Assembly: GCA_963790305.1 (NCBI GenBank)
Contig: CAWBOC010000007.1
Coordinates: forward strand, 64,001-128,000
Length of the DNA: 64,000 nt
Direction: 5' to 3'
DNA from: an uncultured Gemmatimonadaceae bacterium
GTDB taxonomy: Bacteria > Gemmatimonadota > Gemmatimonadetes > Gemmatimonadales > Gemmatimonadaceae
Part shown: one piece after another, positions 12,024-20,093 of the stretch
Layout of the letters: each line of letters starts with the position of its first letter
How positions within the stretch are numbered: the stretch's first letter is position 1
Made by a program: the position numbers and the translations under genes
The notes under the pieces: generated by a model
Told to the model about the DNA's origin: nothing
What the model saw: the letters and a program-made list of their open reading frames with translations, nothing else
Databases searched by the model: none

Positions 12024-12812
12024 CTATTCGGTGGCGGCGCGAGCCGTGCGCATGGCGTCGAGCTCGGCGACCATGCGGTCGCGAAGGCCGTCGATGAAGT
12101 CGTCGAGATTGCTCGATGGAGGCGTGAAGGGGCCGAGGATGTGAACGGAGCAGGTCGCACCGGCAAATCCAGTTGCGGCATCGAAGGTGGTTCGGGCGTG
12201 CCAGAGGCCGTCGGCGACGATGCAGTACACCGGACGCTTCGCGCGCTCCAGTACCAGTCGCAGTCCGGTGCGCATGAACGGGGCGATCTGGCCATCACGG
12301 GTGCGGTGGCCTTCGGCGAAGATGAGCATGGAGGTGTCGCCACGTGCGGTGGAGTCGGCCGCTTCGGCAATCGCGGGGAGCTCGAGGCGCAGATTTTCGC
12401 GCTTCTGCGACACGACGGGAAAGCGGAGAAGCCGGATGAGGCTGGGCATCCCTGGAACGCGAGCGTTCGCGTAGCGATCGCGGGTAGGGATGATGGGATA
12501 GGGTCCGGGAATGAGGAGAACCCCGACCGGGATGTCCATGACGGACTGGTGGTTCATGATGACCACCACGCTCTCTCGGGGAACGGCGCCTTGCACCTTG
12601 AGGCGCATGCCGCCGAAGGTGCGAGCAAGGCCTGTGGTGGCAATGGCGTGCAGGCGAAGCCAGACGCGCCGGATGCGCACGTTGTGACGAGGAAAGAGCT
12701 TGAGGAGCGGGGGAATCAGCAGTCGGTTTCCCCCCGCGATGACGACGAACAGGTAGACGGAGAAAGCGAGCAGGAACAAGAGGCTCCGCGCGGCACGGTA
12801 GGCTCGTGTCAC
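12024..12812 (-). CDS. PlsC-like lysophospholipid acyltransferase
   Basis: NHQSVMD (HX4D) and IFAEGHRT; start GTG 12812, possibly 12887. Confidence 0.9.
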   Translation of the reverse strand: MTRAYRAARSLLFLLAFSVYLFVVIAGGNRLLIPPLLKLFPRHNVRIRRVWLRLHAIATTGLARTFGGMRLKVQGAVPRESVVVIMNHQSVMDIPVGVLLIPGPYPIIPTRDRYANARVPGMPSLIRLLRFPVVSQKRENLRLELPAIAEAADSTARGDTSMLIFAEGHRTRDGQIAPFMRTGLRLVLERAKRPVYCIVADGLWHARTTFDAATGFAGATCSVHILGPFTPPSSNLDDFIDGLRDRMVAELDAMRTARAATE

Positions 12813-12900
12813 TCGTGAGGCGGGCGCCGGCAAAGCGGGGGAGTCCGCCGGCGAGGCGCCGAGGGCGTCGGAGCTGATGGTATTCACAGGGAGATCACCA

Positions 12901-14178
12901 ATGGCAACACGAGTCGAAGCGCCGGCGAGCATGAACGTCCTGGACTACGACTATAGTAGTTTTTTCTACTCGTCGAGCGACGACCCGTTCGCGATTCTCG
13001 AGCCGTACAATGAATGGTACAACCGGGCCGTGCCGCAGGGCTACTACCTGTTCGCGCAGCCCATGTCGACACCGCCAGCGGCGCGCATTTCGCTCGAAGA
13101 GCAGCTGAATTGCCGCACGGTACCGCTGCTCAATCTCTCGTCGTACAACTACCTCGGGATGTCGTATCGCCCCGAAGTGATCGAAGCGGCCAAGCGCGCG
13201 CTCGATCGCTACGGACTCGGCGCCGCGGGATCGCCCATCCTCTCGGGCACGATGGACATCCATGTGGAGCTCGAGGAGGCCATCGCGAAGTTCAAGGGGA
13301 AGGAAGCAGCGATGGTCTTCCCCACCGGCTACAGCACCAACGTTGGCATGATCTCGGGCCTCATGCGTCCGGGCGACTGGATCATCGCCGACCAGAACTC
13401 GCACGCCTCGATCGTGGACGGCGCCATTCTCTCGAAGGCGAACGTCCGCTTCTTCCGCCACAACAACCCCGCGGATCTCGAGAAGAAGCTGCGACAGACG
13501 GCCGGGAAGAAGCTCGTGGCCGTCGAGGGCATTTACTCCATGGACGGGGACGTCTGCCCGTTGCCCGACATCGTCGAGGTCTGCAAGAAGTACGGGGCGC
13601 GCATCCTGCTCGACGAGGCGCACTCCTGCTTCGTCTACGGGCCGAACGGGCGCGGAGTGGCCGAGCACTATGGGCTCGACGAGGAGATCGACATTCACGT
13701 CGGCACCTTCTCGAAGGCGCTCGGCGGGCAGGGCGGCTATGTCGCCGGCTCCCGCAACCTCTACAACTACCTCAAGGGCTTCGCTCGCTCACGCGTCTTT
13801 TCGTGCTCGCTCTCGCCGGTGGTGGCGTCGGGCGTGCTCGAATCGTTGAGCATCGCGCAGCGAGAGCCCCAGCTGCGCGACGCGCTCTGGACCAACGTCG
13901 CGCACATCCGAAAGCGGCTGGACGAGGAAGGGGTCGATGTCGGCGATTCGACGTCACAGATCTTCCCCGTCATGATCCGCAACGACCGGCGCGTGTTCGA
14001 GGTCGGGCACAAATTGCTGCGCGCCGGGTTGTACCTGCAGCCGATCATCTATCCCGCGGTCGCCAAGCACCGCTCGCGTTTCCGCGTGTCGGTCTCGGCC
14101 TCGCATACCTTCGAGCAGCTGGACGAGGGCGTGTCCATCCTCGCCCGGGTACTCCGTGAAGAGGGGATCATTCTATGA
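12901..14178 (+). CDS. PLP-dependent alpha-oxoamine synthase, serine palmitoyltransferase-like
   Basis: SSYNYLGM, SHASIVDG, FRHN, EGIYSMDGD, DEAH, GTFSKALG (PLP Lys), R-x-R-V-S. Confidence 0.88.
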   Translation: MATRVEAPASMNVLDYDYSSFFYSSSDDPFAILEPYNEWYNRAVPQGYYLFAQPMSTPPAARISLEEQLNCRTVPLLNLSSYNYLGMSYRPEVIEAAKRALDRYGLGAAGSPILSGTMDIHVELEEAIAKFKGKEAAMVFPTGYSTNVGMISGLMRPGDWIIADQNSHASIVDGAILSKANVRFFRHNNPADLEKKLRQTAGKKLVAVEGIYSMDGDVCPLPDIVEVCKKYGARILLDEAHSCFVYGPNGRGVAEHYGLDEEIDIHVGTFSKALGGQGGYVAGSRNLYNYLKGFARSRVFSCSLSPVVASGVLESLSIAQREPQLRDALWTNVAHIRKRLDEEGVDVGDSTSQIFPVMIRNDRRVFEVGHKLLRAGLYLQPIIYPAVAKHRSRFRVSVSASHTFEQLDEGVSILARVLREEGIIL

Positions 14179-14864
14179 GCGACAATGGGTTCGTGCAGTA
14201 TCACTATCGGGACGCCATCGGCGGCTTCTTCGAGTTCCCGACGGACAACGCGCGGGCGCTGCTCCCGCAGGATCTGCAGCCGATCGAGCCGCACCACGGG
14301 TCGAGCGTTCTGTCGGTGATGGCGTTCGATTTCCACGACAGCCCGGTGGGCTCGTACGGCGAGCTCATCCTGTCGATTCTCACCGCGCCGCGCGTCGAGC
14401 CGGGGCAGCCGTGGCCGAAGTCGGCGTTCTTTCCATTCCGCCTGGCGACGACGACCCGCGAGTCACGCGAGCACGCGATCGAGCGCTGGCACCTGCCGCA
14501 TTACATGAAGGACATCGATCTGCGGTGGGATCGGGGCGATGGCCACGTGACGATTCACGCCACGGAGCGCGGGCAGCCGATCGTCGACATGACCGTCACC
14601 GAATTCGAGTGGTCGCGCGTCGAGCATCGCTATCAGGCCTTCATGCACGACGAGGAGGGCTTCTACTCGTCGACGATCGTGATGGCCGGCCAGTTCTCCG
14701 AGAACGAAGAGGAGAAGGGCGGGATCGTCATCCACACCCAGGCGATGACGGAGCTCCTCGAGGACTGGGAGCTGACCACGACGCCGTTCCGCGAGCTGTG
14801 GATGAAGAATGGGGTGCAGACGTTCCATCCACTGCAACAGCTGGCCTCTTACGCGCGACGCTAA
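14175..14864 (+). CDS. Acetoacetate-decarboxylase-fold protein
   Basis: ARALLP...SPVGSYGELILSI...AIERWHLPH pattern of the ADC superfamily; ATGA overlap with the upstream gene. Confidence 0.65.
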   Translation: MSDNGFVQYHYRDAIGGFFEFPTDNARALLPQDLQPIEPHHGSSVLSVMAFDFHDSPVGSYGELILSILTAPRVEPGQPWPKSAFFPFRLATTTRESREHAIERWHLPHYMKDIDLRWDRGDGHVTIHATERGQPIVDMTVTEFEWSRVEHRYQAFMHDEEGFYSSTIVMAGQFSENEEEKGGIVIHTQAMTELLEDWELTTTPFRELWMKNGVQTFHPLQQLASYARR

Positions 14865-14869
14865 GAAAA

Positions 14870-14992
14870 GGGGTCAGGAGTCAGGAGTCAGGATCAGGGG
14901 GTGTCGGGGAGGAGGTTGCAGGAGCTGCGCGGGCAGTCTCCTCGAACCTTCCCCCTGACACCCCCTGGTCCCTGACTCCTGACTCCTGACCC
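14870..14992. repeat. ~125-bp palindromic element with TCAGGAG heptamer arms (copy 1)
   Basis: GGGGTCAGGAGTCAGGAGTCAGGATCAGGGGGTGTC ... GACACCCCCTGGTCCCTGACTCCTGACTCCTGACCC; homologous end to end with the reverse complement of 29139-29264. Confidence 0.92.
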
Positions 14993-15001
14993 TGGTCATT
15001 C

Positions 15002-15898
15002 ATGCCCAATAAGGTCTGCGTCATCGTCAATCCGGCCTCCGGCCGGGGCTCTGGCGCGCGCGCGCTTCCGGCGATCCGCGCGGCCTTCTCGGCCGTCGGC
15101 GTGTCCGAGGTCCGCCTCACGAGCGCGAAAGGTGGCGAGGGCGCGGACGCGCGTAAGGCGCTCGACGACGGCTTCGATACCATCGTCGCCTGTGGAGGCG
15201 ACGGCACCTGGGGGAACGTCGCCAACGCGGTGATCGCTGCTGGCGCGGGTCGCCAGGCACGGCTCGCCCTCGTCGCCACCGGCACCGGCAACGACTTCGC
15301 GAAGACGGTCGGTGCGCCGGCGCGAGATTTCCCGGCCACGGCGCGTCTGGCGGTGAATGGCTCCGACATGATGGTCGACGTCGGCCGCATCGAGGGCCGT
15401 CATTTCCTGAACGTCTCCGGGTTCGGCTTCGACATCGCCGTCCTCGAGGACATCGAGCGGATCTCCTGGCTGAAGGGAGACATGCTCTATCTCTATTCCG
15501 CAATGCGGCAGCTCTTCAGCTACGGCGGTGTGGAGGTCGGCATCGCGACGCCTCGAAAGCGTCGGGATCCGCAACGGCATCTCATGTTGATCGTGGCGAA
15601 CGCGCGGAACTTCGGGGGATCGTTCAAGATCGCGCCGGGGGCGTCGGTCACGGACGGAAAGCTCGACGCAATCTCCATTCACGACGCGGCACCGCTCGCG
15701 CGCATGCGCCTCTTCGCGGCGGCGACGAAGGGAACACACGTGATGGCGCCCGAGGTGCTGGTCGAGCAGTCTCCGAGCTTCACGCTGGAGTTCCCGGTGC
15801 CACCGGCATTCGAGACCGACGGTGAATACCAGCGTGCTTCCGGCACGCTGATACAGATTGATTGTGTACCGCAAGCACTTCGCGTCGTGATACCTTGA
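15002..15898 (+). CDS. Diacylglycerol/sphingosine kinase family lipid kinase (YegS/BmrU; CpgB-like by context)
   Basis: IVNPASG, GGDGT, GTGNDFA, DVG, GFGFD, DGE. Confidence 0.93.
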   Translation: MPNKVCVIVNPASGRGSGARALPAIRAAFSAVGVSEVRLTSAKGGEGADARKALDDGFDTIVACGGDGTWGNVANAVIAAGAGRQARLALVATGTGNDFAKTVGAPARDFPATARLAVNGSDMMVDVGRIEGRHFLNVSGFGFDIAVLEDIERISWLKGDMLYLYSAMRQLFSYGGVEVGIATPRKRRDPQRHLMLIVANARNFGGSFKIAPGASVTDGKLDAISIHDAAPLARMRLFAAATKGTHVMAPEVLVEQSPSFTLEFPVPPAFETDGEYQRASGTLIQIDCVPQALRVVIP

Positions 15899-15987
15899 GA
15901 ACGAATGCGGAATGCGGAATGCGGATAGAACATCAACGGCCCAGGCTGTTCATGGTTAATCCGCATTCCGTATTCCGCATTCGTTCT
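15898..15987. repeat. Inverted repeat built of GAATGCG heptamers
   Basis: AGAACGAATGCGGAATGCGGAATGCGGAT ... ATCCGCATTCCGTATTCCGCATTCGTTCT. Confidence 0.9.
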
Positions 15988-15989
15988 TC

Positions 15990-17207
15990 ATGAAAGCAAT
16001 CTCCTTTGCGGCGCCGATCCCGACCTATCTCGCGACGTTGCTGGCCGGGAAGGTCAACGATGCCCTCTACACCGGGCCGCACGCGTGCACACGACTCGGT
16101 GACGTCGAGACCCCCGCGCTGCCAACGGATCGATGGGTACGCGTGCGCACCCGGATGGGTGGGATCTGTGGGAGCGACCTCAACGTCATCACGCTCAAGG
16201 CCTCGCCGTCGACGTCGCCATTCTCCTCATTTCCGTTCGTGATCGGTCATGAGAACGTCGGCGAGATCGTCGAAGTCGGGCGCGGCGTTCGTGATGCTCG
16301 CGTCGGAGAGCGGGTCGTCGCCAATCCCCTGCTCTGCTGCGAGCCCCGCGGGCTCGAGCCCGCCTGCGACGCATGCGCGGCTGGCCATCACTCGAGGTGC
16401 GCGCGTTTCACCGACGGCGCTCTTGCGCCGGGGATGCTGATCGGCACGACGCGCGGACTTGGCGGCAGCTGGGGGGAAATGTTCGTCGCGCACGAGACGC
16501 AGCTCGTTCGCGTCGGCGACGCAGTGACCGACGAGGAAGCCGTTCTCGTCGAGCCCTTTGCCTGCTCCGTGCATGCCGTTCGCTCGGCGATGCCTGTCTC
16601 GGGCGAGCGCGTGCTGGTGATCGGTGCGGGCTCGATCGGGCTGCTCACCGTCGCGGCATTGAAGGCCCTCGCGCCGGCGTGTCATGTGACGGTACTGGCC
16701 AGGCACGCCTTTCAAGCCGAGCACGCGACGCGCCTCGGCGCGAACGGTGTCGTCTTCGCGCGCGGCGAATACCTGGGCGCACTCGCCGAGGCGGGTCAGA
16801 CGCGCCTGTTGAAGCCGATCATTGGGAAGCCCGTCGGCGTGGGCGGCTTTCACAAAACGTTCATCTGCATTGGCGGGGCACGAGCGACGGACGACGCGAT
16901 GCGCGTCACGCGCGCTGGAGGGACCCTCGTGCTGTTAGGCAACTCCGCGAAGATGGACGGCATTGACTGGACGCCCCTCTGGCTCAAGGAGCTGACCGTG
17001 CGCGGCTCGTTGTGCTACGGGGAGCACCGGCACGGGTCGCCCACCCGGGATGCGTTTCGCGAAGCCGCCGACCTCATCGCCGCGCGTCGCGTAGCGCTCG
17101 CGCCTCTCCTCACGCATGTGTATTCGCTCGCGGACTATCGGAACGCGCTTTCGACGGCGATGGACAAGAAGGGGTCGGGAAGCATCAAGGTGGCGTTCAG
17201 GTTCTAG
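15990..17207 (+). CDS. Zinc-binding medium-chain dehydrogenase/reductase
   Basis: GICGSD, GHENVG, structural-Zn cysteines (CC...CDAC...C), GAGSIG. Confidence 0.92.
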   Translation: MKAISFAAPIPTYLATLLAGKVNDALYTGPHACTRLGDVETPALPTDRWVRVRTRMGGICGSDLNVITLKASPSTSPFSSFPFVIGHENVGEIVEVGRGVRDARVGERVVANPLLCCEPRGLEPACDACAAGHHSRCARFTDGALAPGMLIGTTRGLGGSWGEMFVAHETQLVRVGDAVTDEEAVLVEPFACSVHAVRSAMPVSGERVLVIGAGSIGLLTVAALKALAPACHVTVLARHAFQAEHATRLGANGVVFARGEYLGALAEAGQTRLLKPIIGKPVGVGGFHKTFICIGGARATDDAMRVTRAGGTLVLLGNSAKMDGIDWTPLWLKELTVRGSLCYGEHRHGSPTRDAFREAADLIAARRVALAPLLTHVYSLADYRNALSTAMDKKGSGSIKVAFRF

Positions 17208-17808
17208 GACCCTCAGGGCTCTCAGCGTCCGCAGTGTCAGCGCCCTTGGACATGTAGGTCCCAGTCGCGTTCTCGATCTGAGACGTGAGCTGACGCTCGA
17301 TACCCTCGGCGTCGAGCGGCTTCATCATGTCGGCGAGCTCGGGATCCTCGGCCAGCTTGTGCCCCAGTCGCTGATACAGGCCGGCGACGAGCTGAAGGGT
17401 CTTGGTGACCTCCTCCTCGGCACGCATCAGCACCTGGAGGGTGATCTCCTCGCGCAGCTCGGCGACACTCGACTCCCGACGCTGCGCCATCAGCACGAAG
17501 ATCGCGAGGAAAATCGCCTCGAGTGACACGATCATGGTGAGGAGCCCAAACGGAAACGGATCGATCGGGGTGAGACCGGGGATGTACCCCGTATTCCAGA
17601 GAATCCACGTCATGAACCAGAGGGCGTGGACGGCGAGGAAATAGCCGGAGCTCGCGATCCGCGTTAGGCGGTCGGCGGCGGTCTCGAGCGGGCTGCGTCG
17701 GGCGGCGTGCCGCGCCTTGACGGCGCGCACCGCCCGATTGGTGACCGCCGAGCGCTGTCGGCGCTCCGGAGACGGCTGGCGGGACGGGGAGGAGCGTCGG
17801 TCAGGCAT
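17197..17808 (-). CDS. DUF1003 membrane protein
   Basis: ADRLTRIASS, WILWN, DPFPFGLLTMIVSLEAIFLAIFVLMAQ. Confidence 0.88.
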   Translation of the reverse strand: MPDRRSSPSRQPSPERRQRSAVTNRAVRAVKARHAARRSPLETAADRLTRIASSGYFLAVHALWFMTWILWNTGYIPGLTPIDPFPFGLLTMIVSLEAIFLAIFVLMAQRRESSVAELREEITLQVLMRAEEEVTKTLQLVAGLYQRLGHKLAEDPELADMMKPLDAEGIERQLTSQIENATGTYMSKGADTADAESPEGPRT

Positions 17809-17847
17809 TCAATGGCATGTCTGGTAAGTTCATGTACCACCGTCAAT

Positions 17848-17863
17848 TGCCAACCACGTGCCA
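17848..17863 (-). promoter_or_regulatory. Candidate sigma54 promoter for the DUF1003 gene
   Basis: TGGCACGTGGTTGGCA on the minus strand, 40 nt above the start codon. Confidence 0.5.
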
Positions 17864-17956
17864 AACGGTCGCGCCTCCGACGGTCGGTCGGAACGGATTA
17901 TGCGAAATACGCGGCGAGTGCGCCGAAAGATCGGCGCGACCCTCGGAGAATCGAAC

Positions 17957-18181
17957 GTGATCAAGAGCAGTGAGTTCAGCACGATTGCCGTGCTCGTGGC
18001 CGCGACCGCGGCTGTCGTCGTGGTTCAGCAGCACCGCGAGCGCGAGCGGCGCTTGCCTGCGCCACCCGCCATCGAGGCGGCGCCTCTGGCCCCATCGACC
18101 GACGCCCGTCTCGCGTCGCCGACGGGCGTCGATCTCGCTGTGACGTCGCCGTCTGCATCGCAGCCGGCGGGCGGACCCTAG
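17957..18181 (+). CDS. Possible small membrane-anchored hypothetical protein
   Basis: GGAG then GTG 17957; one hydrophobic stretch followed by a Pro/Ala-rich tail. Confidence 0.4.
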   Translation: MIKSSEFSTIAVLVAATAAVVVVQQHRERERRLPAPPAIEAAPLAPSTDARLASPTGVDLAVTSPSASQPAGGP

Positions 18182-18435
18182 TTCTTCGGTAGCGGTCCTT
18201 CGAACTCAGCGCCGCCGCTTCCGGCTGACCCAAATTTTGGTGCGGTCACCTTGCCCGTCGTCGTGTGCGGCGGGTTTTTCTCATCCTGTCCGGTCGTCTT
18301 CGCGTCGCGATCACGCTTCTCGACCGTCTCGGGATGACCCGCGGCCTCGCGACGCGCGCGCTCGTGGTTCTCTTCCAGCTCGTCCAGCAGCTCTTCGCGC
18401 TCCGCGGCGCCGTCGAGGTTTCTGTCGTCAGTCAT
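18178..18435 (-). CDS. Small hydrophilic hypothetical protein (stress-protein-like)
   Basis: CAGGAG RBS; MTDDRNLDGAAEREELLDE...APKFGSAGSGGAEFEGP. Confidence 0.7.
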   Translation of the reverse strand: MTDDRNLDGAAEREELLDELEENHERARREAAGHPETVEKRDRDAKTTGQDEKNPPHTTTGKVTAPKFGSAGSGGAEFEGPLPKN

Positions 18436-18464
18436 CGTGGCTCCTGAAAGGGTCTGGTTTCGAG

Positions 18465-18480
18465 GGCAGGGGCCGTGCCA
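18465..18480 (-). promoter_or_regulatory. Candidate sigma54 promoter
   Basis: TGGCACGGCCCCTGCC, 30 nt above ATG 18435. Confidence 0.5.
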
Positions 18481-18600
18481 CGCAGCAGCCACCGGGTGTT
18501 GAATGCGTGGGCTCGTGAGGCGCACGGCGCGCATTGTGCCCCTAGAGGGGGTAACCGCGAACGCGATCGTCCTGATGTTTCCCTTGCCTCGGAGACTGCC

Positions 18601-19263
18601 GTGTCGGACGCACTCGTGCTGGCCCGCAATGTGACGCGCATCGCAACGCTGAACGATCTGCTGCAGCTCGATCACGACGCCGTCGGCGCCTACGGCATCG
18701 CCATTGACGCGTTGACGGATGAGTCCCATCGCCAGACGCTCCGTGAGTTTCGCGCCGATCACGAGAGGCACATCGAGGAGCTCACGCGATTGATTCAGGA
18801 TCGCGGCGGAAAGCCGATTCAAGCGCCGCACCTACCGACGGGCATCTTCAAGCTGGCCGTTCAGAAAGCGGGCGCGCTCGGCGGGCAGACGGCGCTTCTT
18901 CTCGCCTTCAAGGCGAACGAGCGCCAGGGACGCGACAAGTATCGGCGCGTGGCGGAGAATTCGGACGATCTCGAGGTCGCCGACGTGCTCGCGCGCGCCG
19001 CCGACGATGAAGTGCGGCACTACGACTGGGCGGCGCGCACACTGATCGAGATGGGCGTCTCGCCGGATAGCACGACTGCGCGCGTCGAGCGCGTCATCGA
19101 GATCGGCAACGCCCGCGTTGCGGACGTCATGGAAGGACTCGAGACCGGCGCAATGGCGCTGTTCGAAGGAGCTCGACGCGGTACAAAGGCGAAGCCACTG
19201 CTCGTCGCCGTCGCGGCACTAGGGGCCGGACTGGTGGCGTCGACGTTCGGAAGACGACGGTAG
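18601..19263 (+). CDS. Ferritin-like domain protein (DUF2383-like) with C-terminal membrane anchor
   Basis: LNDLLQLDHDAVGAY, FRADHERHIEEL, NE...Y, DEVRHYDW; GGAG RBS before GTG. Confidence 0.85.
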   Translation: MSDALVLARNVTRIATLNDLLQLDHDAVGAYGIAIDALTDESHRQTLREFRADHERHIEELTRLIQDRGGKPIQAPHLPTGIFKLAVQKAGALGGQTALLLAFKANERQGRDKYRRVAENSDDLEVADVLARAADDEVRHYDWAARTLIEMGVSPDSTTARVERVIEIGNARVADVMEGLETGAMALFEGARRGTKAKPLLVAVAALGAGLVASTFGRRR

Positions 19264-19267
19264 AACA

Positions 19268-19361
19268 AGAATGCGGATGGCGGAATGCGGATGAAAAACA
19301 ACCCCCGGAAGAAGACTCATTTCCGGGGGTTGTCTTATTCGCATTCCGCAATCCGCATTCT
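19268..19361. repeat. GAATGCG-unit inverted repeat with an inner stem, between convergent genes (possible bidirectional terminator)
   Basis: AGAATGCGGATGGCGGAATGCGGAT..ACAACCCCCGGAA / TTCCGGGGGTTGT..TTCGCATTCCGCAATCCGCATTCT. Confidence 0.88.
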
Positions 19362-19845
19362 AGTGTTGTACGTCGATCGTGTGCCCCACCACGCCACCAA
19401 GCAAGCCACCCGCGGCCGCTCCGATCAACGCGCCCTTCACGTCCCGCGAGATCACGCTGCCGATCACCGCACCCGCCGTGGCGCCGATGAGCGCATCACG
19501 CTTCGTGTGGCGGACAGGCTCGCGGCGAGCCGCGGTCCCCGTCGACGCTCGCGCGGTCGTACGAGCAGGCGCCGGCGCACGGTAAATGGCCTGCTGCGCC
19601 ACTGGCTGCGGCGCGTACACTGGCCGTCCGTACTGGTCGTACAGCTGCTGTTGCGGCTGTCCGTATGGCTGGGCGTAGCCCATCTCCATCGGCGTCATGA
19701 ACTGCTGCTGCGGGTACTGCATCGACGCGGCCAGCGCCAGATCGCGCGTCAGCGCCTCGTCGAGCCGCTCCGAATCACTCTGACCGCCGCAGGCCGCCAG
19801 AACGGCGACCACCGGGACGATCATCCAACGAACGAATCTGGTCAT
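19360..19845 (-). CDS. Glycine-zipper lipoprotein
   Basis: Lipobox LAAC; C-terminal ALIGATAGAVIG...GALIGAAAGGLLGGVVG; GAGGAGGAG RBS. Confidence 0.85.
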   Translation of the reverse strand: MTRFVRWMIVPVVAVLAACGGQSDSERLDEALTRDLALAASMQYPQQQFMTPMEMGYAQPYGQPQQQLYDQYGRPVYAPQPVAQQAIYRAPAPARTTARASTGTAARREPVRHTKRDALIGATAGAVIGSVISRDVKGALIGAAAGGLLGGVVGHTIDVQH

Positions 19846-19909
19846 GGCTCCTCCTCATGGATCCCTGCTACGACCGCCGCACTTTTGGCGGTCAACTGGC
19901 CCCTCTATA

Positions 19910-19925
19910 GGCACCGCCGGTGCCA
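19910..19925 (-). promoter_or_regulatory. Candidate sigma54 promoter
   Basis: TGGCACCGGCGGTGCC, 65 nt above ATG 19845. Confidence 0.4.
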
Positions 19926-20093
19926 CCTATTAGGGGGCTCTGGAGGCCATGAACTGGGGGTGGCGTCCACCGGGGAGACATCTGTTGTCCCCCACCGAAG
20001 AATCGCAGAACCCCCCTGTGACCGGGGCCACAAACGGGTTGCCCGGGAGGCCTGCGCAGGGCCATCTTGCCGCCTGCACTCTCAAGGGGGCAC

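Noticed and set aside
12901..14178. Calling the oxoamine synthase bioF or kbl
   Set aside because: No bio genes nearby. The adjacent MDR is not clearly threonine dehydrogenase, and the context is lipid kinase, cytidylyltransferase and acyltransferase. Left without a symbol.
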